A DNA stretch of 62,966 nucleotides, counting the filler, from Licmophora abbreviata (Eukaryota): the NCBI GenBank assembly GCA_900291995.1. It is 7 parts of 7 records of this genome, joined end to end, with 100 filler letters (N's around TTAATTAATTAA, not from the genome) between each part and the next. Parts side by side here need not be neighbours in the genome. Positions count along the whole stretch, not along the records: positions 14,137 to 23,365 come from OLMU01002633.1; positions 23,466 to 25,335 come from OLMU01002637.1; positions 25,436 to 31,855 come from OLMU01002638.1; positions 31,956 to 51,760 come from OLMU01002639.1; 3 more parts are not named here. One strand, written 5' to 3'. The notes under the pieces are model-generated. The model saw nothing but the letters and a program-made list of their open reading frames with translations, ran no database searches and had not been told where the DNA came from. Positions 21,895 to 32,164 of this stretch are shown in pieces (position 1 is the stretch's first letter; each line of letters opens with the position of its first letter). The position numbers and the translations under genes are program-made.

Positions 21895-23013
21895 CTAAGA
21901 CTTCTTGCGATTGTGCGTCGTTTTGTTTCGAAACATCTTTCCGCTTAGAGCAAAGATGGAAATGGCAACGAGAACGAGCACACCAAATGCCGCAACAAAC
22001 GGAACGGAAGAATTGCTCGCATCGCCTACCATGGGTCGGTCTTGCGCGGCGCGGTGTATCACTCTGGGCTCTGCTGTCACAACTAATGGGTCTCCCTTTT
22101 GGAGCTGATCCCTCCTGGTTTCTTCTTCTTTCTCTTCTCCCACATCGGATTCATTCTCTTCATCGTCGTCCGAGGACTCGTCTTCCTCATCAGTACCTGT
22201 ACCGGTATCAGTGCTCGTAGACGTGGCAGCGGTACCGTCATCCGTGACGACGCCTCGAACCACGGTACATTCGAGGAAGCGATCGGTGAGAGGGAAGTTG
22301 TCTTCAATGTAACTCCGTCCTGAATGAATCTTTCCCTGCACTGGTCCTTTCCCCCACGGGGGCATGTCTCCGTAGGAATAGAAGTTGTTGACATTTTCCA
22401 TTCCCTCAAGGACTTGTCCAATTGGCGTTTCCCACTTCTGTTGTCCGAGTCCAGCATTCCGACCATAAGAGATGAACAACTGGGATGTACGGCTGTTGTC
22501 TCCACTTCCAGCGTACGAAATGGTTCCTTCCACAAACTGAACTGGAGGATTCTGTTGCGGGTCGTCGGGAATGGGAGTATTGGCAAGCTTCTTGAGTTCT
22601 TCACTCGCGCTGTAGCTGTGAAGCGTTAAGGTACGTCGGGCGAAGAGAGCATCAGACAAGCACAAGTATAGCAATGTAGTACATGTAGCAGGTACTCTAG
22701 AGCAAACACGCGACTCGTGTCCGGTGTCGCATCGCGGCCATTTTCGGTATCTTGTATGATACCTGGTAGCATTGCACATTCAACATTGAACACTGTCCTG
22801 TGCGCCTCTGACTCACCTGATGCCAAACTGTACAAGAAAGTGGGGAACGACGCGATAAAAGTGTGAACTATCGTAGAATCCGGACTGAAAGAGGTGGAGA
22901 GCGCGATCGTATCCGTGTGGCGACCATTTCCGATTCAAGCGCAGCGCGATCGGGCCTGCTGATGTTCCGCAACGGACGATCGAGACTTCGTCAGGGTCAA
23001 CCGTTGTAGTCAT
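21895..23013 (-). CDS. Divergent cyclophilin-like protein with acidic linker and C-terminal transmembrane helix (2 exons)
   Basis: WSPHGYDR..LF.SGFYD.SHFYRVVPHFLVQFGI; intron 22816-22616; GTISYAGSGDNSRTSQLFI, ETPIGQVLEGMENV; TM VPFVAAFGVLVLVAISIFAL followed by a basic tail. Confidence 0.8.
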
Positions 23014-23287
23014 GCTTGTCGTCCTGTACTGCCAGTATTCGTGTGACGGTAGCTTCGTCTTGTTAGTATCGAGGTCTACGAGGCACTTTACCAGGTACTG
23101 CCCTGTTGGCTTTCATCAGCAAGGACTTTGAGACTTTGAACTTGAGACTGTGCTGTGAGGGGTGTGCGGGGAGGGGTGATGAGGCGGGTCATTCCTTTCT
23201 CGATTACTAGTACTCGGAGTACAATTTATAAAAAATACGATAGGATAGCCGTCCGCGCGACGGCGCGCTCACTTTGGAATTTGAAAT

Positions 23288-23339
23288 GAGTCGAGTCAGT
23301 CGAGTGAGTCAAGTCACGAATTCTTCGACTCATTCGACT
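23288..23339 (-). promoter_or_regulatory. Candidate cis-element cluster (GACTCACTCGAC on the minus strand)
   Basis: GTCGAGTGAGTC at 23299-23310 within GAGTC repeats, about 290 nt upstream of a minus-strand ATG at 23013. Confidence 0.4.
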
Positions 23340-23365
23340 ATAAGTTCATTCGCATACGTCAGCGA

Positions 23366-23465
23366 NNNNNNNNNNNNNNNNNNNNNNNNNNNNNNNNNNN
23401 NNNNNNNNNTTAATTAATTAANNNNNNNNNNNNNNNNNNNNNNNNNNNNNNNNNNNNNNNNNNNN
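23366..23465. other. Artificial contig linker
   Basis: N44-TTAATTAATTAA-N44. Confidence 0.98.
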
Positions 23466-23478
23466 TCGTTTTCGTTGG

Positions 23479-24898
23479 TTGTTGCAGCATCTATGGAACA
23501 AGCTAGTTGATAATGGCCACATCTATCTGGGAAACTATGAGGGATGGTACTCAGTACGAGATGAATGTTTTTATAACGAATCAGAGTTGCTTGATGGGAA
23601 GGCACCGACAGGAGCCGAGGTCGAATGGGTCACGAAAGAGGAGTCGTACTTTTTCAAGTTGTCCGAGTTTGAAGGCAAACTTTTGGAGCTCTATGAGAGC
23701 AACCCTGACTTTATCGCACCACAGTCACGGCGAAATGAGGTGAGTGATTTGACATATTTAGTGTGTCTCGCGGCCCAACGACCTGCTGACGTTTGCACCC
23801 CGCCAAACTACGCAACAGGTCGTATCGTTTGTTAAGGGTGGCCTCCGTGACTTGTCCGTTAGTCGAACATCGTTCAAGTGGGGAGTTCCAGTTCCGGGGG
23901 ACGACGATCATGTCATGTACGTTTGGATTGATGCTCTTGCGAACTACATTTCAGCACTTGGTTATCCAGACGCAGAGCCGGACTCTGACTTTTCCAAGTA
24001 TTGGCCTGCGTCGCTGCACGTTGTCGGGAAAGATATTCTTCGATTTCACGCTGTGTATTGGCCTGCGATGTTGATGGCAGCCGACCTTTCTCTTCCTAAG
24101 AGACTGTTTGCTCACGGGTGGTGGACCAAGGATGGGGAGAAAATCTCCAAGTCCATAGGCAACGTGATCGACCCCGTCGATCTCGTTGAGAAGGTGTGTT
24201 TGTTCGAATATGATTTAGATGCGTTGCGTCGTCCCATTTCTTATCTATTTCACACGTGTCATAACTCTCACATTTTGCACTCGCAGTATGGGGTTGATCA
24301 AACTCGTTTCTTCTTGATGGCCGAAGTCGGTTTTGGAAATGACGGTGACTTCTCGGACGCGTCGATGGTGCGCAAGGTGAATGCGAACTTGGCAAACGAG
24401 CTGGGGAACCTATGCCAACGAACACTGACGATGATATTCAAGAACTGTGATAAGGCTGTCCCCGTTGATATCGGTCCTTACAAGGAAGAAGACGAGGCGC
24501 TGCTCGTGTCAGCAGGTGCGCTGAGGGAGAAGGCGGCGACAGCTATTTCGACGCAAGCGATTCACAAGTACGTGGATGCGTTGGTGGAAATGATTTGGGC
24601 CGCAAACAAATACATCGATGAGATGGAGCCGTGGGTGCTTCGCAAGACGGATCCGCATAGGATGGCGACGGTGCTGTACGTGCTAATGGAAGTACTTCGT
24701 CGCGTGGCCATTCTGTATCAGCCTCTGATACCAGGATCGGCAAACGAGATACTGAACCAACTGACTGTCCCCGAGGACGAGCGAACATTTGCTCATTTGG
24801 AAAATACTTATGCAATCAGGGCCGGCAGTCCCATTTCGAAGCCGGTGGGTGTGTTTCCGAGGTTAGAGCTGCCAACTGAAGAGCTAGTCGATGCCTAG
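23479..24898 (+). CDS. metG: Methionine--tRNA ligase, organellar (bacterial-type), 5'-truncated by contig edge
   Basis: [75 protein letters not shown]; introns about 23740-23818 and 24194-24286; the HIGH exon lies outside the contig. Confidence 0.93.
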
Positions 24899-25335
24899 GT
24901 GAGCATGCCCGGTATGCGAGGAGCAAGTAGACTCGACAGTATCGAGCAAAAGCTGCCTACGTATCGGTAGGTCTGCAGGTAAACTATCATACGATGGCGC
25001 GTACAGATACCTGGCCCCGGTACGCCTACGCGTGCACCCGTGCCTTGTCAAACCTCATGCTGAATGCAGTACTTATACTAAAAAAGCGTTGAACTAAGCT
25101 GGTTATTGATATTGGACAATCGGTAATCGAGACTGTGCATATGCCGACTGCCCCACGCACCGCGGACGATCAATCTTCATATAACGGCTTGATGAGCGGG
25201 TGCCACTGATGCAACCAGGCGCAAAGCCTAGGGAAAAAAAGACGAAGAGAGTATCAGTTCATGTTTGGACAGTCAAGCTATTGTAGCATAGAAAACATAA
25301 CCCGGTCAACGACAGCAAATCCCACGGAGCGAATC

Positions 25336-25435
25336 NNNNNNNNNNNNNNNNNNNNNNNNNNNNNNNNNNNNNNNNNNNNTTAATTAATTAANNNNNNNNN
25401 NNNNNNNNNNNNNNNNNNNNNNNNNNNNNNNNNNN
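25336..25435. other. Artificial contig linker
   Basis: N44-TTAATTAATTAA-N44. Confidence 0.98.
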
Positions 25436-25509
25436 AACACTACAAATCCTATCTCCTTCATCCATGAGGAGCGAAATATCACGGTCGTCAGCCACTCGAA
25501 CGTCGGAGT

Positions 25510-25574
25510 GACGACTGACTCGACTCACTTGTCTGATTGCACCGGATCTGGACTCTGAATGACTCACTCGACTC
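25510..25574 (+). promoter_or_regulatory. Candidate cis-element cluster (GACTCACTCGAC) near contig start
   Basis: Exact 12-mer at 25561-25572 plus GACTGACTCGACTCAC upstream. Confidence 0.3.
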
Positions 25575-25818
25575 CCTCAACTTCTCGTCACTCGAAGACC
25601 TATCGTACGTCTTCATCATCTAGACCTATCGGTATGAGAGCTCTGTCGACTGAATATGGTGGCCAAAATTCTCGATTCTAGTCTCTAGTATGAGCTACAC
25701 GCATGTATACCATCTATCGCACCGTTGCTGGTACCTGGTACACCCATCAGAGGCGGTCGAAGGGTCGGGCACAGCTCAATAGGTACTATAGTCTACATCT
25801 ATAACTGCAGCGTATGGG

Positions 25819-28800
25819 CTACTCAATGCGTTCCGACTCTCCTCTTCTCCGAATTTCCTCGTCGTATGGCTGCGTCTCTATACCGGCTGCAAGGCGTTGT
25901 TGGGTTGATTTGCGTCCCTCCAGCAGCCTGTTTTTCTGGCTGGCAGCCCATTCATCGGCATCTCTACTCATTAATTCAACGCGTTCCGGTGGTAGAAGTT
26001 CACGCAAGTCACGATTCAGCTGAAGCAGCTTGTTTGTCATTTCGCCGAGGACAGGGCCACCATCGAACTCGCCGCGAACGGTATCACCAAGTGATGCAAC
26101 GATATTGTCTGCTACTTGCACGAAAGGGCGAATATCCATCGTCGGCATGTCGTCGATCAGTTTACTAAGAAGCATTCTTCTCTCCGCCTTCGTCTCCATC
26201 CTTAGGATATACGAGACATTCTCAACGTGACGATTCAGAGACCGTGCGAGCTCCACGTATACACCCTGCTGGACTATCTTCAAGACGAACAGCCACTCAC
26301 TATGCTCCGGGTCACCGAGCAAACCTTCTCGCGCGAGTCGCCCCTCCTCTTCAGCCACTGCATACTTAAGGTAGGCAACAAACGCATCATCCATCAAAGG
26401 CCGCATATCACGGACAGCCTCGGTAAGAGCATTGGCGGTCTCTTCTTCCGTTCGGTGGTCTGGATCCATGGCAACCTTGCAAATTGAGCGGACAAGTTCT
26501 AGTTGCGTCGCTTCAAGCTCGGCGCCTAGTGCACGTGCTTCTTTCAAGAGCAATTGGGCGTACTCGACGAGGTGTCCCAAGATCTGACGCTCGCGACGCT
26601 GAGCTTCATCGACAATTGATTCTTCACCCCTCCTTCGCGCATCGAGAGCACGTTCGGCCATTGCCTCCAGCCGCTCTCTCAAAAGCTCGACAAAATTTTC
26701 GGATAGAAGGATGTCTTTGAAGTTGGACACGATCTCTCGCATGCGTTCCTCGGGCTGTACACTAAGTTCATCAACTAGCATCTGCAGTCGTGACCGCTCG
26801 GCAAGCATTTGCACCGGATCATCGACTAAGCCAATATGCACAGCCTCACCAAGCATAGAACGAAGGCTTGATACTTGCACGAAGGAGAGCTCCCTATCTC
26901 CGACGTAGTACCGTGTCGCGTCTCCGTTGGCACCTTCAACTGTCTTCAGTCTTGCAAGTACGTTCGACGCAAACCGGGCCTGTTTAACAGCCGTGTCAAG
27001 TTCCTTCGGCAGCCGGACATCCCTGGTACCGGGCAGTGCACCAGGCCAATTCACGGCGATTTCTGGATCAACATTCAGGTCGTAGACCTCTGGACCAGAG
27101 AAGATATCAAACGTCGGATTCGCACCAGGGCTGTCCGATTCCTCATCGGGTGACCGATTGATTCGAACTTCGAGCTCGGCCAGTTCGTCGTCCAGAGACC
27201 TGCCATAGGAAGATACCGACTTGTCGCCGCGAATCAGATCGTTCAGTTGCTCGTTCTCCATACTTTTTGCGGTGATGTCGGCGGATTCCTGGTTTGACGC
27301 TACCAGATCGAGACGGCCCTCAGCGAGACTCTCTCCCGCTTGAAATATCCTTTTCAGTTCTTCTGCTGCACTCAGCTCCGTTTCCATCATATCCTCAGGA
27401 TCGGCAATGTCAGGTCTCACACCATCCAGCTCTGAGGGCGAATCGTCCAGCGTGACAGTCCGGCGTAAGCGTTCTGATCTTCGCAGTTGCTGCTCACGGA
27501 GGAGTTCCTTTGCCTTTTCGAATGCTCCATTTACAAAACCGCGGCCAGGATCGTTGCCTTCTTCCTGCTTTTCTCCGTATTGCATAACTGCATCAAGAAG
27601 CTCCTCCGGAAGCATGTCACTTCCTTCCTGGGAAAGATCTTCGAGTATTTGTTGCGCACTTTCGACGATATGTTTCTCTGTCTGTGGACGTTCTACGAAA
27701 GAAAAGCCAGAAGAATCATCTGGAGCTGAGGTCGAATTTCTGACCTCCTCCACGACGGACTCAAACGTTCGCTTCAATTGTTGCTGTGGAGCTTCTACAG
27801 AGGAAGACTCGACGGCACTAGCATTCGTTTCCTTGTTCAAACCGGCCCTTTTTTTCTCTGGGCTGTCAGTTCTCTTTTGTACAACACGATCGGCGTCAAC
27901 AGAGCGTTTCCACCGCGCTTCACGCTCTTTTGGGGTCGAGATTGTCATCCGAAGAGGCGAAGATTTGGAATTACTGTTTTTCGAAGCCTTCGTGGAAATC
28001 GGCGGGACAGAAGCTGCAGGTCTCGACTTTTCAGGCTTTCGTTTTCCGTTGAGTACGACCGCACGCTTGGTTTTCTGGATAGTAGAGTGCGCATCAACTA
28101 AATCACTAGGGTCAGGGCCAGGCGCGTTTGATGCAGATGAACGTTTTTCTTCCATGATCCGTCTAGCTGCCATGACAGCAAAATCCTCATCTCGTTGCGT
28201 CGCTGCTTCTTCTGGCGGAATACTTTTATCACCAGGCAAATCGCTCTTACTGTCACGTCTCACGCCCAGATCGAAAGATGATGAGGTTGGAGCATCTTCA
28301 ATAATTTCCGCCTCGATGGCCTCCTTTACGGTTCTGACGTTGGAGGGTGTCGACGCTGCCATCACGTCTACCGGTACATGCTCCGGATGGAACTGAGCAA
28401 TTCCATTCTGCAGATCGTCGAGCCCACGATCGAGCGCTCTGAGGATTCGCTTTTCCGAGTCAGCAAACAGGCTCTGCATCATTGGAGCAAGCTTGGGTGT
28501 TTCCGACGAGATCGGATCTTTGCTAACGACGATCATGGCCATTTCAGGTACTGCGCCTTGCTTCACCTCATCAGTGTAGACACCAACGACTTCCACCAGC
28601 ATGCGCGTGGCGCTTGCAGAAGTGGACAGGGGTGAATCCCATGCTATTATTCCATCTCCCTCGGAAAATGGCCCGCCCCTCGAGGGCGAAGATTTATACA
28701 ACATTGGCAAATCCGTCGGCAATGAGAATTGGTCCTGAAGATACTCGACAAGGTTTGCCAGGAACGTGGTCGGGGGCAATTTTTTGTAGGGTCGCAGCGT

Positions 28801-29058
28801 CTTTTGATACACAACGTTTCGTCCTGGCGCAGACGTAACGGGATGTCCTTCTTTCCTCGAAACGGAGCACACTTGCCTGTTGGATCGAATCATGGACGAT
28901 TTGGTTGGGCCCCAAACGGGCCAAGCGAAGACGCGGGCGCTACAGGGATCATGGACGAAAGCAGTCGCGACAAAGCACAACGAGGAGATCGCCACGAGCA
29001 GCGAGAAGATTCGACGGTCGTGTCTGCGTCTGCGCGACAATCCTGTCACTAGAGTCAT
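25819..29058 (-). CDS. Large (~1079 aa) plastid-targeted protein of unknown function with an alpha-helical C-terminal region
   Basis: Uninterrupted ORF; signal peptide IFSLLVAISSLCFVATA|FVH followed by a Ser/Arg-rich transit-like region; disordered middle; acidic helical C-terminal half. Start placed at ATG 29058. Confidence 0.8.
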   Translation of the reverse strand: MTLVTGLSRRRRHDRRIFSLLVAISSLCFVATAFVHDPCSARVFAWPVWGPTKSSMIRSNRQVCSVSRKEGHPVTSAPGRNVVYQKTLRPYKKLPPTTFLANLVEYLQDQFSLPTDLPMLYKSSPSRGGPFSEGDGIIAWDSPLSTSASATRMLVEVVGVYTDEVKQGAVPEMAMIVVSKDPISSETPKLAPMMQSLFADSEKRILRALDRGLDDLQNGIAQFHPEHVPVDVMAASTPSNVRTVKEAIEAEIIEDAPTSSSFDLGVRRDSKSDLPGDKSIPPEEAATQRDEDFAVMAARRIMEEKRSSASNAPGPDPSDLVDAHSTIQKTKRAVVLNGKRKPEKSRPAASVPPISTKASKNSNSKSSPLRMTISTPKEREARWKRSVDADRVVQKRTDSPEKKRAGLNKETNASAVESSSVEAPQQQLKRTFESVVEEVRNSTSAPDDSSGFSFVERPQTEKHIVESAQQILEDLSQEGSDMLPEELLDAVMQYGEKQEEGNDPGRGFVNGAFEKAKELLREQQLRRSERLRRTVTLDDSPSELDGVRPDIADPEDMMETELSAAEELKRIFQAGESLAEGRLDLVASNQESADITAKSMENEQLNDLIRGDKSVSSYGRSLDDELAELEVRINRSPDEESDSPGANPTFDIFSGPEVYDLNVDPEIAVNWPGALPGTRDVRLPKELDTAVKQARFASNVLARLKTVEGANGDATRYYVGDRELSFVQVSSLRSMLGEAVHIGLVDDPVQMLAERSRLQMLVDELSVQPEERMREIVSNFKDILLSENFVELLRERLEAMAERALDARRRGEESIVDEAQRRERQILGHLVEYAQLLLKEARALGAELEATQLELVRSICKVAMDPDHRTEEETANALTEAVRDMRPLMDDAFVAYLKYAVAEEEGRLAREGLLGDPEHSEWLFVLKIVQQGVYVELARSLNRHVENVSYILRMETKAERRMLLSKLIDDMPTMDIRPFVQVADNIVASLGDTVRGEFDGGPVLGEMTNKLLQLNRDLRELLPPERVELMSRDADEWAASQKNRLLEGRKSTQQRLAAGIETQPYDEEIRRRGESERIE

Positions 29059-29410
29059 CGCCGCTGGGTAGGGGTTCGAAAGGTTTGTCATACGAATACC
29101 GGTGCAGAGTATTGCTTTTTCGATCCAGAACAGAACTGGACTTGCCAGTTTTATCAAATTGCCAATCATACGAAAGACACCTGCGTCGCGAGCGCGCGCT
29201 GAAATATTTGTGCAATGATGGGTGGCTCTCGGCGTCTGTGCGGATTGAACATTAGTATTTGACACAGTTATTGTTATTTATTGTATTTCATTCATGACTT
29301 ATTTCATACACATTCAACTTTTACAAGACTGAAACCAAACCCGTCTGTTTGTTCGTAGGTACAAGTACCTAGTACTACGAAGTATATTATCGTACATACC
29401 ACTCATTCTC

Positions 29411-30415
29411 ATGCCGGCACCATCACAGGTACCGGGTACCAAGTATCATCAGCCTGGAACAGGACCACGTCGCCACGCACAAAGCGCATACACCATGCCG
29501 TCTTTGAACGGATCTAGTGCTTCGAATCGCTTGTCAAGCTATAAGATTACTAGATCGAATCGATCTGGAATGGCCAAAAAGACCGAGCAAGACTGTCCCG
29601 CGACAATCGTGCCGTATTTGGCGAACCGGAACTACCACATTCCAGGAAACAACTGGTACGAAGACTACCTCCAGTATTTTTCCAATAACCATCCCATCTT
29701 TGGAATGTGCTGTCACCACAAGCTACATCCTGTCCAGTTCCGACAGCGAATCTTCATCTTGATTGGAAGCATTGCGTTCGGATTGACCATTACGAACATT
29801 GTTGTGCTGTACTTTGTATACTACTCCGACGACGGGTTCGACGCCAAGGTATTCTCTGCAAACTTTACACTAGGGGGAGATTCCGAGACTGCAATGCAAG
29901 AACTCAGCGTGACCAACGGACAAATCTTTCTTTGGACCGTCGGAAGTGGGTTGCATTCCTTCTTTGATTTAACCACGTGGTACATTGCCGCGTCGGCTTG
30001 TTGTCAGCCAGGGGGGAGTCTACAGTGCCTCGGGAGCTGCAAGATGCTCGGAAGCTATCTCGTCGTCTTCATTACTGTCATACTCACCGCTCTCGCCACC
30101 TTTATTGTCATTCTGCGAGCGAGCATCATCAATAACTCCGAAGAGCCGGCGGCAGACGAGGTAGGATCTGGAGGTGTCTTGGACGACGAGATTCAGTTCG
30201 GGGACATCAACGGAATAGAAGACTTTCGCTTTCTGGTAAGCTTCTGCATCGAACTAGCCCTTGCGCTCTTTCTATGGTACTTCGTGACGGGCACACTTCT
30301 GTTTTCTGGCATCCTGGGATGCGGGAGAATTCCACTTCTCGGCGGTCGACCAGTCGAAATCAAGGCGGAAGAGGATGCAAAGATGAGACGCACGCAAAGT
30401 GTTCGCGATGTGTAA
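29411..30415 (+). CDS. Multi-pass membrane protein of unknown function
   Basis: About four hydrophobic helices; Cys/His block NNHPIFGMCCHHKLHP...R; Cys cluster ACCQPGG..CLGSC; true start may be the downstream ATG (MPSLNG). Confidence 0.75.
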   Translation: MPAPSQVPGTKYHQPGTGPRRHAQSAYTMPSLNGSSASNRLSSYKITRSNRSGMAKKTEQDCPATIVPYLANRNYHIPGNNWYEDYLQYFSNNHPIFGMCCHHKLHPVQFRQRIFILIGSIAFGLTITNIVVLYFVYYSDDGFDAKVFSANFTLGGDSETAMQELSVTNGQIFLWTVGSGLHSFFDLTTWYIAASACCQPGGSLQCLGSCKMLGSYLVVFITVILTALATFIVILRASIINNSEEPAADEVGSGGVLDDEIQFGDINGIEDFRFLVSFCIELALALFLWYFVTGTLLFSGILGCGRIPLLGGRPVEIKAEEDAKMRRTQSVRDV

Positions 30416-31855
30416 TCCATTTCCGGTGGACGAATGCGAAATTGGGGGCGAGCCTACTACATTACTTAAGAAAAGAGACGAGGGTGAGGTACCGGTGACA
30501 ATAGTACTTTGCTGCACGATCATGTGTCAAACGCGGTGGCGTTGCAGAATCTCGGCCGACTATATGCTGCACCATTCTCACGCGCGGTTTCCTTCGACAA
30601 ATGCAGAGTTGATCCCAACAACCAGTACGATGGGTGTTGTCGCCAACAGTAACAGCACATGAGTCCCTTTGGGTTCCGGTAGTCTTCTACCTTCGGCGCA
30701 CCGTCACAGTGTGCATCGCAGCAGAACGACGGACACAACGTTTTAAGGCGGCTTCCTGCGCATGAATCCGTTGGTCGCTTCTGATTCTCCAGGTCGGGCC
30801 TCAAAGAAAAACCGATACCAGATAAGGCTCTGATCGAAAGTCGGAGTCGGCTCCACGATTGCCTACTGGCGTCGTATGTCCACGATACATGAGCTCAGAC
30901 TCGATTTTGGGTGTTGTCGTCGTTTCTTCGCTATCCGATGCTTTTCTTTTATTGGTATGAATCCGAGGAAGCGGAGGGCGAGTTGAAGTGTTCTTTCTAT
31001 GATCTCCGAGCTGACTATATGGTGTCCATTACATAGGTTCAAGGTGATCGTCGTCATCACCGGGGCGCCGGGATGATGCTCCATTTTAAAAATAGAAAAA
31101 GACGAGTCCACGTCGACACGCCTATCTCTTGCTTCAAAACAGATATTCGAAGTTTCTTTCTTTATACCATAATCTTGCATACAAACGACTCGTTTCCCGA
31201 AGCGACGATCGAATCGACGACGTCCTTCATATACACTTTAGCCCCGACGGCATTACTCCCATAATGTTCGACGACGCCCTAAGTTATTTGCTTATCTTTT
31301 ACCAAACGTTTCTGGAACAGTCGCGGTCGCTGAAAACTAGTTTTGCGACTGCACCACAAGAGAGAGCCACTTAGCTACAAGTTCCTAAAGAAGGCTCTCG
31401 CACGACAAGAACAGAAGAGACATGCTCAAACGGGACCGTGAGGTATCTATCGGAAGAGTCCACTGAAACTTTCATCCTAGGATATATGGTTTTTTGTCTA
31501 AGTAAAAAATGGGCGTCCATCACTTTCGCTCAGCGCCTATGTAATTAATGTGCGTTGGAGAAAACAGTCTACTAGAGATTTAGTGTAAAGGGCCTCAGGA
31601 GTCTTCCAACATGATGACAACACGCGAAAGCATGTGTTTTTCGCTGGGCGCGCAAAATCGGCCAGTCCGAAATTACTCAGTCCTCATTTTTATAAATATT
31701 TTATGATTGGTGTTCCGCCGTCACAGCTACTTAGGGAAAATTAGTCGATGATGGTCCGCGGCTCTACGAGGCCGGCTGGCGCGTGCTACACTCCATTATT
31801 TGCATTATTTTCATGTGCTCTTGGCACAAACGTATGATACCCGGTATTCGTACCC

Positions 31856-31955
31856 NNNNNNNNNNNNNNNNNNNNNNNNNNNNNNNNNNNNNNNNNNNNT
31901 TAATTAATTAANNNNNNNNNNNNNNNNNNNNNNNNNNNNNNNNNNNNNNNNNNNN
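31856..31955. other. Artificial contig linker
   Basis: N44-TTAATTAATTAA-N44. Confidence 0.98.
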
Positions 31956-31975
31956 CTCTCTCTCTCTCTCTCTCT
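31956..31975. repeat. (CT)10 microsatellite at contig edge
   Basis: CT dinucleotide run directly after the linker; probable cause of the assembly break. Confidence 0.9.
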
Positions 31976-32164
31976 TCACCGGCGCGTCTGTTCTCATCCT
32001 GAATCGAATGGATGAACGTGTTGTGAGCTGTCATCGCATCTGCAGTCGCTTCTCTCACGCGAAACAGTAAGCGACAGGAGCAGTCTCCCTTCTTCGGTGA
32101 ATTCGACCCTTGGGAGCGCCACATTTGAAACGTTTGAGGACTTGGGGCGCAGAACGCGAACGAA

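Noticed and set aside
16274..24898. Apparent clustering of organellar ValRS and MetRS
   Set aside because: They are separated by a linker at 23366-23465, so physical linkage is not shown.
20806..25574. GACTC-type repeats considered as a CRISPR array or telomeric repeat
   Set aside because: Short irregular clusters without constant repeat-spacer periodicity, no cas genes, eukaryotic context, and not a regular tandem telomere unit.
27407..28396. 329-aa plus-strand ORF, and similar ORFs at 43356-44039, 49198-49902, 49923-50486, 53945-54493 and 10012-10644
   Set aside because: Antisense shadows of well-supported genes; composition mirrors the sense codons and no motifs were recognised.
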